Shown piece by piece: positions 1-8,580 of a stretch of DNA of 60,078 nucleotides. The stretch is from positions 1 through 60,078 of IMG/VR virus record IMGVR_UViG_3300044475_000064. One strand, 5' to 3'. This DNA comes from a virus. How positions within the stretch are numbered: position 1 is the stretch's first letter; every line of letters begins with the position of its first letter. The notes beneath the pieces are model-generated. The model saw only the letters and a list, made by a program, of their open reading frames with translations. It searched no databases and was not told where the DNA came from. The translations under genes and the position numbers were made by a program.

Positions 1-127
1 CCTGTTGTTCTTCGGGTGTCAGTTCTTCGGCATCAGGATCTCGCATACCAGTTACCTGACGGATACGCTTAACAAGCTCATCACGTCCTGCAAGATCCAT
101 TTCCTCAACGATCAGATCGAGCATGAC
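1..127. repeat. Terminal overlap: nt 1-127 are identical to nt 59952-60078 (circular or permuted genome, unit length 59,951 bp)
   Basis: First and last 127 nt compared base by base with no mismatch seen. An exact short end overlap is the usual signature of a circular contig from an assembler. Confidence 0.95.
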
Positions 128-1855
128 CAATGCAATTTGTGGTGCGACTGGTGCAAGCTGCTGTAACAGTGCAAATAGTTCTTCTGTTTGCGCCTGACGG
201 ACAGTAGCTCGCCAATCTTGATCGCTGATAATGAAGTCCGCTTTAGTTCGGATAATATCATTTTCAGGCAAACCGTCATTAATTGTAATGTATTCAGGCG
301 TGCCACGCATGTTGGTGATACGAAATTCTTTCTGTTCACTGAAAAATTGCTCAATAAGAGAAAGTTCTTTCTCGCCGTGTACTTGGACTGCAAAGCGTAG
401 GTTGTCAAAGATCCCTGCAGTGGTCATGCTGCCTTGTTCTTGACGCGCCGTGATCGCTCGACCACTTGTGGCGTTTGTAGATCGACCCATGTTCTCATCG
501 GTCACGCCCGACAGTGTTTGAATCATTGCTATAGATTGACTCATGAGCTGCATGTGTGCAGGTGCAAGCTCACGCTCAACATTGATCTCAAGTGACTTGC
601 CTGATTTTTTGATGATAATACCATCAGGGCGGCTTACTTCCTCAGCGAACTCATCAAGATCATCAACTGCACCCTCGTCCATAACAACCTTGTTGGTAGA
701 AAGGATATGAAGCGCCTTCGATGCACGCTTGTTGATGTCCTCCTGCATGTCACGCATACCACGGACCATACCATAAGGCATTCCATCACGGCCACGGCGG
801 TAACACCAAATTGGCGTAAATGGGAACTGGTTGTGCCGATACGGACTTTCACCATGCCAAAGCATCCCAGTATTGCAGAAAATAGCAACGTGCATACGCA
901 TCATTGTCCGAGACATCGGAACGGCTTTGCCTTCTGCGATCTCAGCTTCATGTGCGGCCGCAGGATCTTTCTCGTCGTAGACTTCACCTGAGAAATCCCC
1001 ACCGACCATGCGCTTAACATTGGTTGGCTTGCGATACCAGCATTCGATTAGACGTACACGGTCACGGCGGTATCCATTTATCGAATTGCGTATTGATGCA
1101 TAACCACCAAGCGCATCCTCGGTTGAATCCATTGGCTCATCGCCGTCACTGTCCAATCCATATGAGCGTGTACCTGCAGCGCTCGCGCGGACTATACCGA
1201 CACGATCAGGAAACATTGCCTCAGCAATATCGAGATCGACCCACTTTGAACGGAAAATATAGCGGCAGTCGCTCAGATCCTTTTCAGTACATGCGCTATC
1301 CCAAATGATATTCCGCCATGATTCATAGCGGTTATAGATCGGCTCGCCGTCATCTTCGTTCTGTACGCCACTTTCGATCCAGCCGATGCCAGTCTTAACG
1401 CAATCCTCGAATGCACGAGAGCGATGGAACGGCGAACGGTTCACATCACTTAGGTATTTCATCAACTGAGTTTTGCGCTCTGCAGGTTTACCTGCATCCT
1501 TACGCCGTGGCAGGATCTTATAGTCAGTACGTCCACGCTTCTCAGTACCAAGCACCCAATTGATGCTCGATGAGATCACGTTATAGACCAATGGAACTTG
1601 ACCACGTTCCTTTAAGATCCGTGCATCTTCCTCACGCCACTGGATATTATCGTAGAAATCCTCATCCGTGGCTTGATCAACTCGGTTCTCTGCCTGTCGA
1701 TCTAGCTCATCTTCGTACAAGCACATGAGACGGCGGCGCTGTGCTTCCATCGCTTCACTGTCAAGCTTGTGACGTTTCTTTCGCCCTTGTGTCTCTGACT
1801 CAGGCATACGAGTCCAAGGATCTGTTGTATCAACACGACCATTGGAGAAATCCAT
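1..1855 (-). CDS. Portal protein, N-terminal about 618 aa. The CDS runs off the window edge and continues at 59951..59500.
   Basis: Manual translation of the minus strand is open from ATG 1855 (alternative ATG 1807). Checked codon by codon over 1262-1855 and 124-220: MDFSNGRVDTTDPWTRMPESETQGRKKRHK..YDNIQWREEDARILKERGQVPLVYNVISSSINWVLGTEKRGRTDYKILPRR.. It is absent from the ORF track because its stop lies beyond nt 1. It joins in frame with ORF 59500..60075 through the overlap, about 768 aa in total. It sits between terminase and scaffold/capsid. Confidence 0.8.
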   Translation of the reverse strand, partial: MDFSNGRVDTTDPWTRMPESETQGRKKRHKLDSEAMEAQRRRLMCLYEDELDRQAENRVDQATDEDFYDNIQWREEDARILKERGQVPLVYNVISSSINWVLGTEKRGRTDYKILPRRKDAGKPAERKTQLMKYLSDVNRSPFHRSRAFEDCVKTGIGWIESGVQNEDDGEPIYNRYESWRNIIWDSACTEKDLSDCRYIFRSKWVDLDIAEAMFPDRVGIVRASAAGTRSYGLDSDGDEPMDSTEDALGGYASIRNSINGYRRDRVRLIECWYRKPTNVKRMVGGDFSGEVYDEKDPAAAHEAEIAEGKAVPMSRTMMRMHVAIFCNTGMLWHGESPYRHNQFPFTPIWCYRRGRDGMPYGMVRGMRDMQEDINKRASKALHILSTNKVVMDEGAVDDLDEFAEEVSRPDGIIIKKSGKSLEINVERELAPAHMQLMSQSIAMIQTLSGVTDENMGRSTNATSGRAITARQEQGSMTTAGIFDNLRFAVQVHGEKELSLIEQFFSEQKEFRITNMRGTPEYITINDGLPENDIIRTKADFIISDQDWRATVRQAQTEELFALLQQLAPVAPQIALVMLDLIVEEMDLAGRDELVKRIRQVTGMRDPDAEELTPEEQQ

Positions 1856-1877
1856 TCCACTGTCTTTGTTGTCTGCA

Positions 1878-2300
1878 TCAAACACGTTCGATCACCTCTT
1901 TGTGCGTGACCTTTCCTGTGTCGTGGTCAGTTTGGAATGCATCGGCTACAACAACATCCTCAGTCTGCTTAGGAGGGATGCGAAGTAAGTCACCTAGATG
2001 ATCGTGAATGAGTGAAGCTACCTTCATTGAAGTGAATGCATTGCTCGCATCCATTCCGTTTTGAAGTAGGAATAATCCGATCAACTGGGCGCTACGGCGT
2101 GGATCTGCATCAATGTCGTCAGGTTGCCATTGCCAGGCATCATCGACCTCGACAACTAGTGGAACTGTTTTACCCATGCGATAAGCAGGGAGAACAACGA
2201 GACACGGACGCAAACGCTGCCCGTGCCATGCGCCGTAAAGCATTAGATCGCCTCGCTTTTTCTCGAAGTGAGGCTTTGTGAGATCGAGATCGTACCGCAT
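1878..2300 (-). CDS. Hypothetical protein (140 aa)
   Basis: Long ORF tightly packed upstream of the portal. Its stop is 23 nt from the portal start. No motif recognised. Confidence 0.65.
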   Translation of the reverse strand: MRYDLDLTKPHFEKKRGDLMLYGAWHGQRLRPCLVVLPAYRMGKTVPLVVEVDDAWQWQPDDIDADPRRSAQLIGLFLLQNGMDASNAFTSMKVASLIHDHLGDLLRIPPKQTEDVVVADAFQTDHDTGKVTHKEVIERV

Positions 2301-2371
2301 CGTTTGATTCTCCGTTGCTGTAATAGCCTATTTGTTGTCATTCTAGCAACAGAATGGGCACGAATGTAAGG

Positions 2372-2572
2372 TTATTGCGACTCTTGCAGAATTTGACTTT
2401 CAGTGTGTGAGTCGTCGCCAATGTCGCTATCGATGCGGTGTCCTGCTGCGATTTCTTGTGGGGTGGCGTGTCTTATCAATCCTTGTGAAACGAACATTTC
2501 TAGGCACTGTTGATATTCCATTACAGAATTACCCATTGCTGCAAAAATGATTTTATCCCCGACCTTAAACAT
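2372..2572 (-). CDS. Hypothetical small protein (66 aa)
   Basis: Internal ATG 2572 is preceded by a strong RBS (GGAGGTGA). The track start 2626 would overlap the upstream gene by 62 nt. Confidence 0.55.
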   Translation of the reverse strand: MFKVGDKIIFAAMGNSVMEYQQCLEMFVSQGLIRHATPQEIAAGHRIDSDIGDDSHTESQILQESQ

Positions 2573-2888
2573 GCTCACCTCCAATTGCCTCGTAGTCTGC
2601 GATGGCTTTATATAAAACATGCTCAATCATTGCAGAACGAAGTGATTCACTATTCATTTTCTTTTTTGCTTCAACAAGTCCTCCACATACTTCAACCAGC
2701 TCCACGCTCTTAACTAGGCGCTTGAGGTCTTCAATACGGACATTGCTTTCGATATTCATCATGTGATAATCATCAATAGCAGGGCTAAAGTATTTGAAAA
2801 GATTCGGGGCTACTGTGTCTTTCTGCCCATTGATAATTTTTCTAGCCTTATCAACACCGTGCAGCTGGATGAAATTGATCGCGTTCAT
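2565..2888 (-). CDS. Hypothetical protein (107 aa)
   Basis: ORF in a translationally coupled chain (4-nt overlap with 2885..3142). Confidence 0.6.
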   Translation of the reverse strand: MNAINFIQLHGVDKARKIINGQKDTVAPNLFKYFSPAIDDYHMMNIESNVRIEDLKRLVKSVELVEVCGGLVEAKKKMNSESLRSAMIEHVLYKAIADYEAIGGEHV

Positions 2889-3142
2889 ACAGCCTCCTTA
2901 TGGAAGCTTTCATCTAGTTGAGCATAATCAGACTCTTTGTTATCCCACACCATAAGCAAGTGATTGCAGCCGCATGTGTAAAAATGCTCTGCTTGTTCCT
3001 CTAATAGATTTCCTTGTTTATCCCAACTTTGGCTGTAAACATTGCGGTATAGATTAGGTTTGACATTAGAGCACCCATGTTCACAGGCCCATTCTTGGTT
3101 TTCGCTTAAAGTTGGTAGTTTATATATCGGTCTTGCATTCAT
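2885..3142 (-). CDS. Hypothetical Cys-containing small protein (85 aa)
   Basis: ORF with the Cys pairs CEHGC and CGC, so possibly metal-binding. Confidence 0.55.
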   Translation of the reverse strand: MNARPIYKLPTLSENQEWACEHGCSNVKPNLYRNVYSQSWDKQGNLLEEQAEHFYTCGCNHLLMVWDNKESDYAQLDESFHKEAV

Positions 3143-3175
3143 ATTGCATATCCTACGCAGTAAATTGAAAAAATA

Positions 3176-3667
3176 TTATATCTTTAAAGCCTCAGCTCGG
3201 ACAGTGACTTGTGTATTACTACTGTCTTTTCGCTTGAATGAAATGGTATTAGCGTTTGTGATACCACGGATCTGACGTGTCTGACCTGCAGGGATGATCA
3301 TGGTCAAGCCTGCACCGCCACGGCGATACTCAAGATCTGTACCAGTGTCGTTGACGACTTCCAGTATCTCACAAGCGAGAGAGCCGAACGCCGTCCAGTT
3401 TATACCGACTGCATCAGTTGTGAGGTTTGTGATGGTGACAGTGGTGTATTTAGGCGCATAGATTGCCTGAGTGATGTCTTTCAATCGACCTAGCACGGTG
3501 TTCGCTGCAGGATTGGTAGACACATCGCCATAGCGTGTGACCAATGGAGATAGATCGGTTGATCCAGCGGCTACAGGTGTGCCTGATTCATCCACGACAA
3601 TGACATAAGCACCGCCGTTCTTTCCTTGTTGTGGCTGTATGCGACCACGGTCATCTTGATAGCTCAT
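3176..3667 (-). CDS. Hypothetical protein (163 aa), beta-rich composition, possibly virion-associated
   Basis: ORF directly downstream of TerL. Thr/Val/Gly-rich sequence. No family recognised. Confidence 0.6.
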   Translation of the reverse strand: MSYQDDRGRIQPQQGKNGGAYVIVVDESGTPVAAGSTDLSPLVTRYGDVSTNPAANTVLGRLKDITQAIYAPKYTTVTITNLTTDAVGINWTAFGSLACEILEVVNDTGTDLEYRRGGAGLTMIIPAGQTRQIRGITNANTISFKRKDSSNTQVTVRAEALKI

Positions 3668-3768
3668 ACATGATTACCCTCATAAGTTATTGATTGTTCG
3701 TAGCGTGTACGTGAATAGAGCAGCATAACTGCCCACACAAAATGATTTCATTCACGTAGATCGTCCGA

Positions 3769-5400
3769 TTAAGCAGCCATACCGCCCTTATTACGGCGTT
3801 TTGGTCGCTTACCTGATTGTACAGCGTGACTATTGTTCACGAAAGTCTGAGCAGCTTGACGGAATGAGTCAGCGCCTTCCGTATGAATATCTTTAAGCGG
3901 CTCATCACTGAATGTCTGTGTCGATTCAACAAACTTCTTGCGATAGCTATCAAGGTGTAAGATACCTTCCTTACAACCTTCCTCATCGATCATGACCGAT
4001 GACATATAGTTACGTGTTGCACTAATCCCGTGCTGCAGCTCAGAGACACGAGGAACGACTTCAATATGTTTGAAGCCGAGGTTTTCGAGCATTGTGCGTG
4101 GTGAAATGTTGCTGACTTCGCCCTGACGTTCGTGTGCGCCGTCATGAGGCAGGTAGTGTCTGCCCCATATGCAGCCAGTCTGCTCCTGATATTTCTGCAT
4201 CAATCCGACAAAATGAGAGTAAGGCTCGCCCCACCCCTCAAAGAAACCAATAAACCGATGCCATGCGCCAACCTGTTGATGCAGCCACACGGCGCATCCG
4301 TCACCGCTGCCAATATCCCAAAACGAATTGACAGGAATACCAGGTTCAAACGGAACTTTACCTATGCGGCCATCTTTGCGCATCTTAGTCATTTGAACGG
4401 TGTAATAGCAGCCTTTGGTTGACTGTTGGAAAGCCTCGTCAGGTGTGGATGGATATTCCTGCCACATCGACTCATCTTCACCAGCGTAGAAACCATCGCG
4501 CATAGAGATCCACCAAGCACGTTGCTCGATGTCGATAAAGCACTTCATTTCAGCTTCGATGCGGTCAAAATATTCATGCTCTTTTTTAGATATAGCGATC
4601 AGATCTGCATCAACACGGTAGCTTTTATCATCCCACCACGGGAAAAAGTGGAACATGAACTCTTTACCAGTCATACGACGGCCAAGAGATTGCACACGGC
4701 GCGACTGCTGCACCATGTTGTAGAACTCGCCGCCACGACCTTCCGCCGTGGATTCAATGAAGATCAAGCCACGTTCTGCAGCTGGAAGTGCACCGCGCTG
4801 GATCTCCTTTGCTCGATCAGGATAGAGCGCACAGATCTTACCGTATTCAGAGATGTGCAGGTGTGTAAGCGTTCCTGAACGTCCTGACTGAGTTACACGG
4901 ATCTTTGAATTGTTATGCGCGAACTCAAGTGCATCAGCTCTGTTACGGCGTAGCGTGAAGATCGTAAGCAGCATTTCAGGCAGGTTTTCATAAGCGAACT
5001 TGACCTTATCCCCGAAAATTTCCTCTGCATCGTCCTTGGTGTGCGCAATGATCGCCGCCGTGACTGGCTTCTTCTTGTCAGCGAATAAAGCGCAGTCGAG
5101 ATAATAGATTGCAATGAATGTCGTGAAACCGAGCTGACGAGCCTTGAGAATGATATTGCGCTTATGAAAGCGTTTAAGCAGCTTTCTCTGTGCTCTGTTG
5201 GGCTTGAAGTAAACGACACGCTCAGCCTGTTCGCCGTTCGCATCATCTTCGGGCTTCGTTTTGATCTTATAGAGCTGTCCCGAACAAATCCGCCACATCG
5301 GATCTGACAAACACCAAGCGAACTCTTTTGGAGTGCTCGGTACAAACGTAAGCGGCACATCGCCTGGCTTAACTTGTTTAAGATCTTCGGGAATATTCAT
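3769..5400 (-). CDS. terL: Terminase large subunit
   Basis: 543 aa. The ATPase Walker-A-like segment NIILKARQLGFTTFIAIYY is followed by LIFIESTAEG. The C-terminal nuclease-like segment is FWDIGSGDGCAVWLHQ. Length and position are typical of TerL. Confidence 0.85.
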   Translation of the reverse strand: MNIPEDLKQVKPGDVPLTFVPSTPKEFAWCLSDPMWRICSGQLYKIKTKPEDDANGEQAERVVYFKPNRAQRKLLKRFHKRNIILKARQLGFTTFIAIYYLDCALFADKKKPVTAAIIAHTKDDAEEIFGDKVKFAYENLPEMLLTIFTLRRNRADALEFAHNNSKIRVTQSGRSGTLTHLHISEYGKICALYPDRAKEIQRGALPAAERGLIFIESTAEGRGGEFYNMVQQSRRVQSLGRRMTGKEFMFHFFPWWDDKSYRVDADLIAISKKEHEYFDRIEAEMKCFIDIEQRAWWISMRDGFYAGEDESMWQEYPSTPDEAFQQSTKGCYYTVQMTKMRKDGRIGKVPFEPGIPVNSFWDIGSGDGCAVWLHQQVGAWHRFIGFFEGWGEPYSHFVGLMQKYQEQTGCIWGRHYLPHDGAHERQGEVSNISPRTMLENLGFKHIEVVPRVSELQHGISATRNYMSSVMIDEEGCKEGILHLDSYRKKFVESTQTFSDEPLKDIHTEGADSFRQAAQTFVNNSHAVQSGKRPKRRNKGGMAA

Positions 5401-5521
5401 TGTAAATATTATTCAGCGAATCAATGCACTTAATTATGGGGTAATAGCGTGAATAGCACAATTGCGCCGTGAGATACATGGTTTATGTTACACATCGTTA
5501 CAATTGCATAATGGCGTTTAA

Positions 5522-5550
5522 TTGATCGTATCATGCACATGATATATAAT
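5522..5550 (+). promoter_or_regulatory. Sigma70-like promoter of the plus-strand accessory island (TTGATC-17 nt-TATAAT)
   Basis: -35 at 5522-5527 and -10 at 5545-5550, with exactly 17 nt between. Located 55 nt upstream of ATG 5605. Confidence 0.6.
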
Positions 5551-5604
5551 ACAGTCATAAGGTTGACCAATATCAACTAACTATCACTAACAACGGGGAA
5601 ATAT

Positions 5605-6105
5605 ATGTCTATTCAATCAATGCTAAACGAACAAGCACTAGACAATGTTCGTACTGCTGTGAACAACTACCGTCGCTTATCTGCTGCTCACTCTGAATGG
5701 GTGTCATACATGAACCATAAGGCGGTTAAGCGGTTCACTGAATCAGAGATTCCATTTGATGTGATGGATGACGTTCAAAAGGAAAAGTTTAAAGCTAAAT
5801 TCAATAACTGGGTTCACCGTGAGATCGAAAAGCTTGGCGGTGAAGTCGAAGGCTACTGCGTGACGAATGGTCTAATGGTTCATCGTGAGGGAATGGGTAA
5901 GCCGCAATTGCTAAAGATCTCTTTTGCAAAGCTTGAGAATAATGTTGTTGTAGCGACTGTTGAGAGCGCTCGTAATCTAAGTACCCTGCGCTCGTTTGGA
6001 ATACATTATATGACACGCGATGCACTGCGCGATATGCCCGAAGATCCGTATAACAATATGGTATTCAATAAAGCAGCTTTCGCATTATTTGGCTTGAGCA
6101 TCTGA
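5605..6105 (+). CDS. Hypothetical protein (166 aa), first gene of the island
   Basis: ORF with RBS GGGGA 6 nt upstream. No motif recognised. Confidence 0.7.
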   Translation: MSIQSMLNEQALDNVRTAVNNYRRLSAAHSEWVSYMNHKAVKRFTESEIPFDVMDDVQKEKFKAKFNNWVHREIEKLGGEVEGYCVTNGLMVHREGMGKPQLLKISFAKLENNVVVATVESARNLSTLRSFGIHYMTRDALRDMPEDPYNNMVFNKAAFALFGLSI

Positions 6106-6109
6106 TCGC

Positions 6110-6295
6110 ATGAAATCCATCATTCTGCTTTGGGCTGTGTTCAACAGTCCAACTGATCTCACTGTAACTCAGGGCATGGTTGATAACGTGTCCTTCAATA
6201 GCGTGGTTTCATGCGAGGCTTATAAGAAACGCATGGGATATAAAAATAGTAAAGCATTGCAGTTTCGATGCTTACCACAAAGGAAATATGTATGA
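6110..6295 (+). CDS. Small protein with a hydrophobic N-terminus (61 aa)
   Basis: MKSIILLWAVF.. looks like a signal or anchor segment. 4-nt gap to the upstream gene. Confidence 0.5.
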   Translation: MKSIILLWAVFNSPTDLTVTQGMVDNVSFNSVVSCEAYKKRMGYKNSKALQFRCLPQRKYV

Positions 6296-6378
6296 AGTGT
6301 CCGTTATGGTTCGGCAGCATGTTGTTTGCTGCATCGTTCTACATCATTTTAGCTTTTCTCTACAAAATAACCTCATAG
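6292..6378 (+). CDS. Hydrophobic micropeptide (28 aa), putative single-pass membrane peptide
   Basis: ATGA overlap with the upstream stop and RBS AAAGGA. Manual translation gives MKCPLWFGSMLFAASFYIILAFLYKITS. It is below the track size cut-off. Confidence 0.4.
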   Translation: MKCPLWFGSMLFAASFYIILAFLYKITS

Positions 6379-6386
6379 GTGACGTT

Positions 6387-6470
6387 ATGCGCTTAAACAA
6401 AGAACAAAAGTACGGTTTTTCTTTCCTAGCTGTGTATTTCATTTTCATTCTGATTTCTTGGAATTTTTAA
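6387..6470 (+). CDS. Hydrophobic micropeptide (27 aa), putative single-pass membrane peptide
   Basis: RBS AGGTGA. Translation is MRLNKEQKYGFSFLAVYFIFILISWNF. Its stop overlaps the next start (TAATG). Confidence 0.4.
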   Translation: MRLNKEQKYGFSFLAVYFIFILISWNF

Positions 6471-6748
6471 TGCCTGAACAAATTAAAACGGCGCTGCAGG
6501 ATCTCCTTGCAGCGTACTTTGAGATCCAGCTCAGTGAGCTTGGTATTTACCTCTCGATCAGCGGCAATACGAGTGGTTACAACTTAGTTCTAAGTGACCG
6601 CGATCCTGCTGGATCAGTCTATATGACTGACGTTTGGCACAAAACCGACAATCCCAACGATGCTGCTGTGATCGCTATGCGGTTGAGCGACATCGAGGAT
6701 GTCAAAAAGAAACTTAATCAATTTTCACAAGGGCACAAAAATGGCTAA
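6470..6748 (+). CDS. Hypothetical protein (92 aa)
   Basis: ATG 6470 is coupled by TAATG to the upstream peptide. MPEQIKTALQDLL.. Confidence 0.6.
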   Translation: MPEQIKTALQDLLAAYFEIQLSELGIYLSISGNTSGYNLVLSDRDPAGSVYMTDVWHKTDNPNDAAVIAMRLSDIEDVKKKLNQFSQGHKNG

Positions 6749-7046
6749 ATACTTTTGCGATACGTGCAACAAACCTCAGCGCATTGATCCAACTACGCTG
6801 CAGGTTGGTGATGAGGTGAATTTTACTGTTTCGACCATTGGCCGCAGTAAGGCGAGCTTTAAGTCTCGTGCTGGTACGATCACAGCCATTTACGGCGACA
6901 AATGCAGTATCGAGACTGGTCGTGGAAAAAACAAAACGATCATTGTGCGAAGCCTTAGCGAACTCACACCATCAGACGCACCAAGTCCACTGACTTACGC
7001 TTTTGGTGAGTGCAAGTGTGGTCAAGGAGAAGCCAATGGATCTTAA
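6741..7046 (+). CDS. Hypothetical protein with CxxC..CxC (101 aa)
   Basis: ATG 6741 overlaps the upstream gene by 8 nt. MAKYFCDTCNKPQ...GECKCGQGE suggests a small zinc-ribbon-like fold. Confidence 0.55.
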   Translation: MAKYFCDTCNKPQRIDPTTLQVGDEVNFTVSTIGRSKASFKSRAGTITAIYGDKCSIETGRGKNKTIIVRSLSELTPSDAPSPLTYAFGECKCGQGEANGS

Positions 7047-7956
7047 ACAATACACTGGCTCAATCCGCTTTGGTGACGCAAGCATCCACATCAATGCTGA
7101 GGCTAATCTTGGTCGAGGTTATAATCCTGAGCGTGAAGCGTGGGAAGTCAAATACAAGCGTGATGTGTTCAAGCGAATAGTACAGCAACTTAATCGTCTA
7201 GGTTGGACCTGCGCTATACCCGAAGAATATATCAAGAACTACCAAATGTCTTTTGCACGTAATTATCGTGAATGTCGCAAAGGTGATGTACACGGAAAAC
7301 TGGAAATAATTGGACAGCAAATTAAATTTGAAATGTGGCAAAACGTCAATGTTCCGAAGTCTGAGCGAGAAGATGGTAGGGGGCAATTTCTTTACAACAA
7401 AGAGAAGTACGCACCCTATCCGCTACTACTGGAAATGAAGCGTACACGTAACCGCATCAGAAAGTATCTTGAGAACGTCTGCAGCTTCAAATTTGAGCCT
7501 AAAAAGCCTTCACAAATGGAAGTAGGACCAAATCAATTAACTGCTTATGAATTTATCAAGGCACGTTGGGAGGATTGTTGGCATTACAAACCTGAACTTG
7601 GTCGCCGTGATGGTGAGGAGTATGAGTGGAACTCAAAAAGTGCAGATAATGGATCTCTGCATCACGATATGCCTGTTTGGTTCTATGATCGAAAAGGCCG
7701 CTTAAACAAGGGCACGGCGTACTACAACATAAATAATATGTGGTGGGTAATCTCAGGAAAATATGGCTGTCGAAATCTATGTTGTCGAGATCTGTATATT
7801 GACTTACCAAATGATCCACGAGTGAAGAACAATGCTGATAAGCGAGCACGAGCAATTAATAATGAGCTTGGGCAGGCAATTAGTGCTGAAAATTATGAAC
7901 GTGCGATTGTATTACGCGATCTAAAAAGAAAGGATGACCAAGCCCATGTCGTTTAA
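7036..7956 (+). CDS. Hypothetical protein (306 aa) with a C-terminal UVR-like motif
   Basis: ATG 7036 has RBS AAGGAG. The C-terminal ELGQAISAENYERAIVLRDLKRK resembles the UvrB/UvrC (UVR) helical motif. The rest is unrecognised. Confidence 0.65.
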   Translation: MDLKQYTGSIRFGDASIHINAEANLGRGYNPEREAWEVKYKRDVFKRIVQQLNRLGWTCAIPEEYIKNYQMSFARNYRECRKGDVHGKLEIIGQQIKFEMWQNVNVPKSEREDGRGQFLYNKEKYAPYPLLLEMKRTRNRIRKYLENVCSFKFEPKKPSQMEVGPNQLTAYEFIKARWEDCWHYKPELGRRDGEEYEWNSKSADNGSLHHDMPVWFYDRKGRLNKGTAYYNINNMWWVISGKYGCRNLCCRDLYIDLPNDPRVKNNADKRARAINNELGQAISAENYERAIVLRDLKRKDDQAHVV

Positions 7957-8305
7957 AGTACCTGAAAAACACCGCCTGACTAGCGGATCTCTTAAAACCA
8001 AGCCAAACAGCGGTAATAACGGCGCTTTCTCCTTTCTGTTTGGCAACACCAAATTTAATGCCATTGCGAGTGACGGCGATGGTTGGGAACACGTAAGCGT
8101 CACAACACATGGCCGCTGTCCAACATGGGAAGAAATGTGTCGAGTGAAGTCAATGTTTTGGGATGTAGAGGATTGTGTGGTCCAGTACCACCCACCGAAA
8201 AGCCAATACGTGAACAATCATCCGAACTGCCTACACCTGTGGCGACCTATTAACGATAATGTACCGACACCTCCGACTTACATGGTTGGTGTTAAGGGGC
8301 AATAA
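7934..8305 (+). CDS. Conserved phage protein of unknown function (123 aa)
   Basis: The motif GWEHVSVTTHGRCPTWEEMCRVKSMFWDVEDCVVQYHPPKSQYVNNHPNCLHLW matches a widespread phage/prophage family that I recall only as uncharacterised. Alternative start at 7946. Confidence 0.65.
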   Translation: MTKPMSFKVPEKHRLTSGSLKTKPNSGNNGAFSFLFGNTKFNAIASDGDGWEHVSVTTHGRCPTWEEMCRVKSMFWDVEDCVVQYHPPKSQYVNNHPNCLHLWRPINDNVPTPPTYMVGVKGQ

Positions 8306-8535
8306 TGCGCAGTGAAGCACAGAAACGAGCAGACAAGGCGCATGGGGAAAAGATGCGCCGCATCCCTCTAAATTTCAATCGTGAGGACAATCAAGATAAG
8401 ATCCGTATCGCATACCTTGAGACGCAGCCAAACATGACTGCATTCATTAAGGAATTGATTGACCGTGATATGGAATTAAAAGCATTCATGAAAAACTACG
8501 ATGCTGAATGCGAGCAGAAAGGTCTTGCTGGATGA
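8305..8535 (+). CDS. Putative ribbon-helix-helix (Arc/CopG-like) DNA-binding protein (76 aa)
   Basis: RRIPLNFNREDNQDKIRIAYLETQPNMTAFIKELIDRDM fits a beta-strand plus two-helix RHH pattern. ATG overlaps the upstream stop. Confidence 0.4.
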   Translation: MRSEAQKRADKAHGEKMRRIPLNFNREDNQDKIRIAYLETQPNMTAFIKELIDRDMELKAFMKNYDAECEQKGLAG

Positions 8536-8556
8536 CCAAGGAAATGTAGCTAAATG

Positions 8557-8580
8557 ACCCTGCCAAGTGCAGGGTTATTT
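8557..8580. terminator. Convergent rho-independent terminator between the island and terS
   Basis: 7-bp GC-rich stem ACCCTGC/GCAGGGT with loop CAAGT, followed by TATTTGT. It overlaps the terS stop. Confidence 0.55.

Noticed and set aside
112-1308. Short track ORFs in the first 1.3 kb (112..408 -, 188..400 +, 231..443 +, 634..888 -, 707..991 +, 1024..1308 +)
   Set aside because: All lie inside, or antisense to, the open portal reading frame. That frame is missing from the track only because its stop is beyond the window edge. Their translations look non-protein-like.
3708-3758. 9-bp inverted repeat TACGTGAAT(N33)ATTCACGTA between terL and the downstream gene
   Set aside because: The loop is long and no T-run follows, so it is neither a convincing terminator nor a clearly repeated operator. 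It is a single occurrence.
4893-5360. 155-aa alternative-frame ORF inside terL (plus 4132..4422 + and 4426..4878 +)
   Set aside because: They overlap the well-supported terminase frame, and their Arg/Ser-rich composition is typical of frame-shifted reading.
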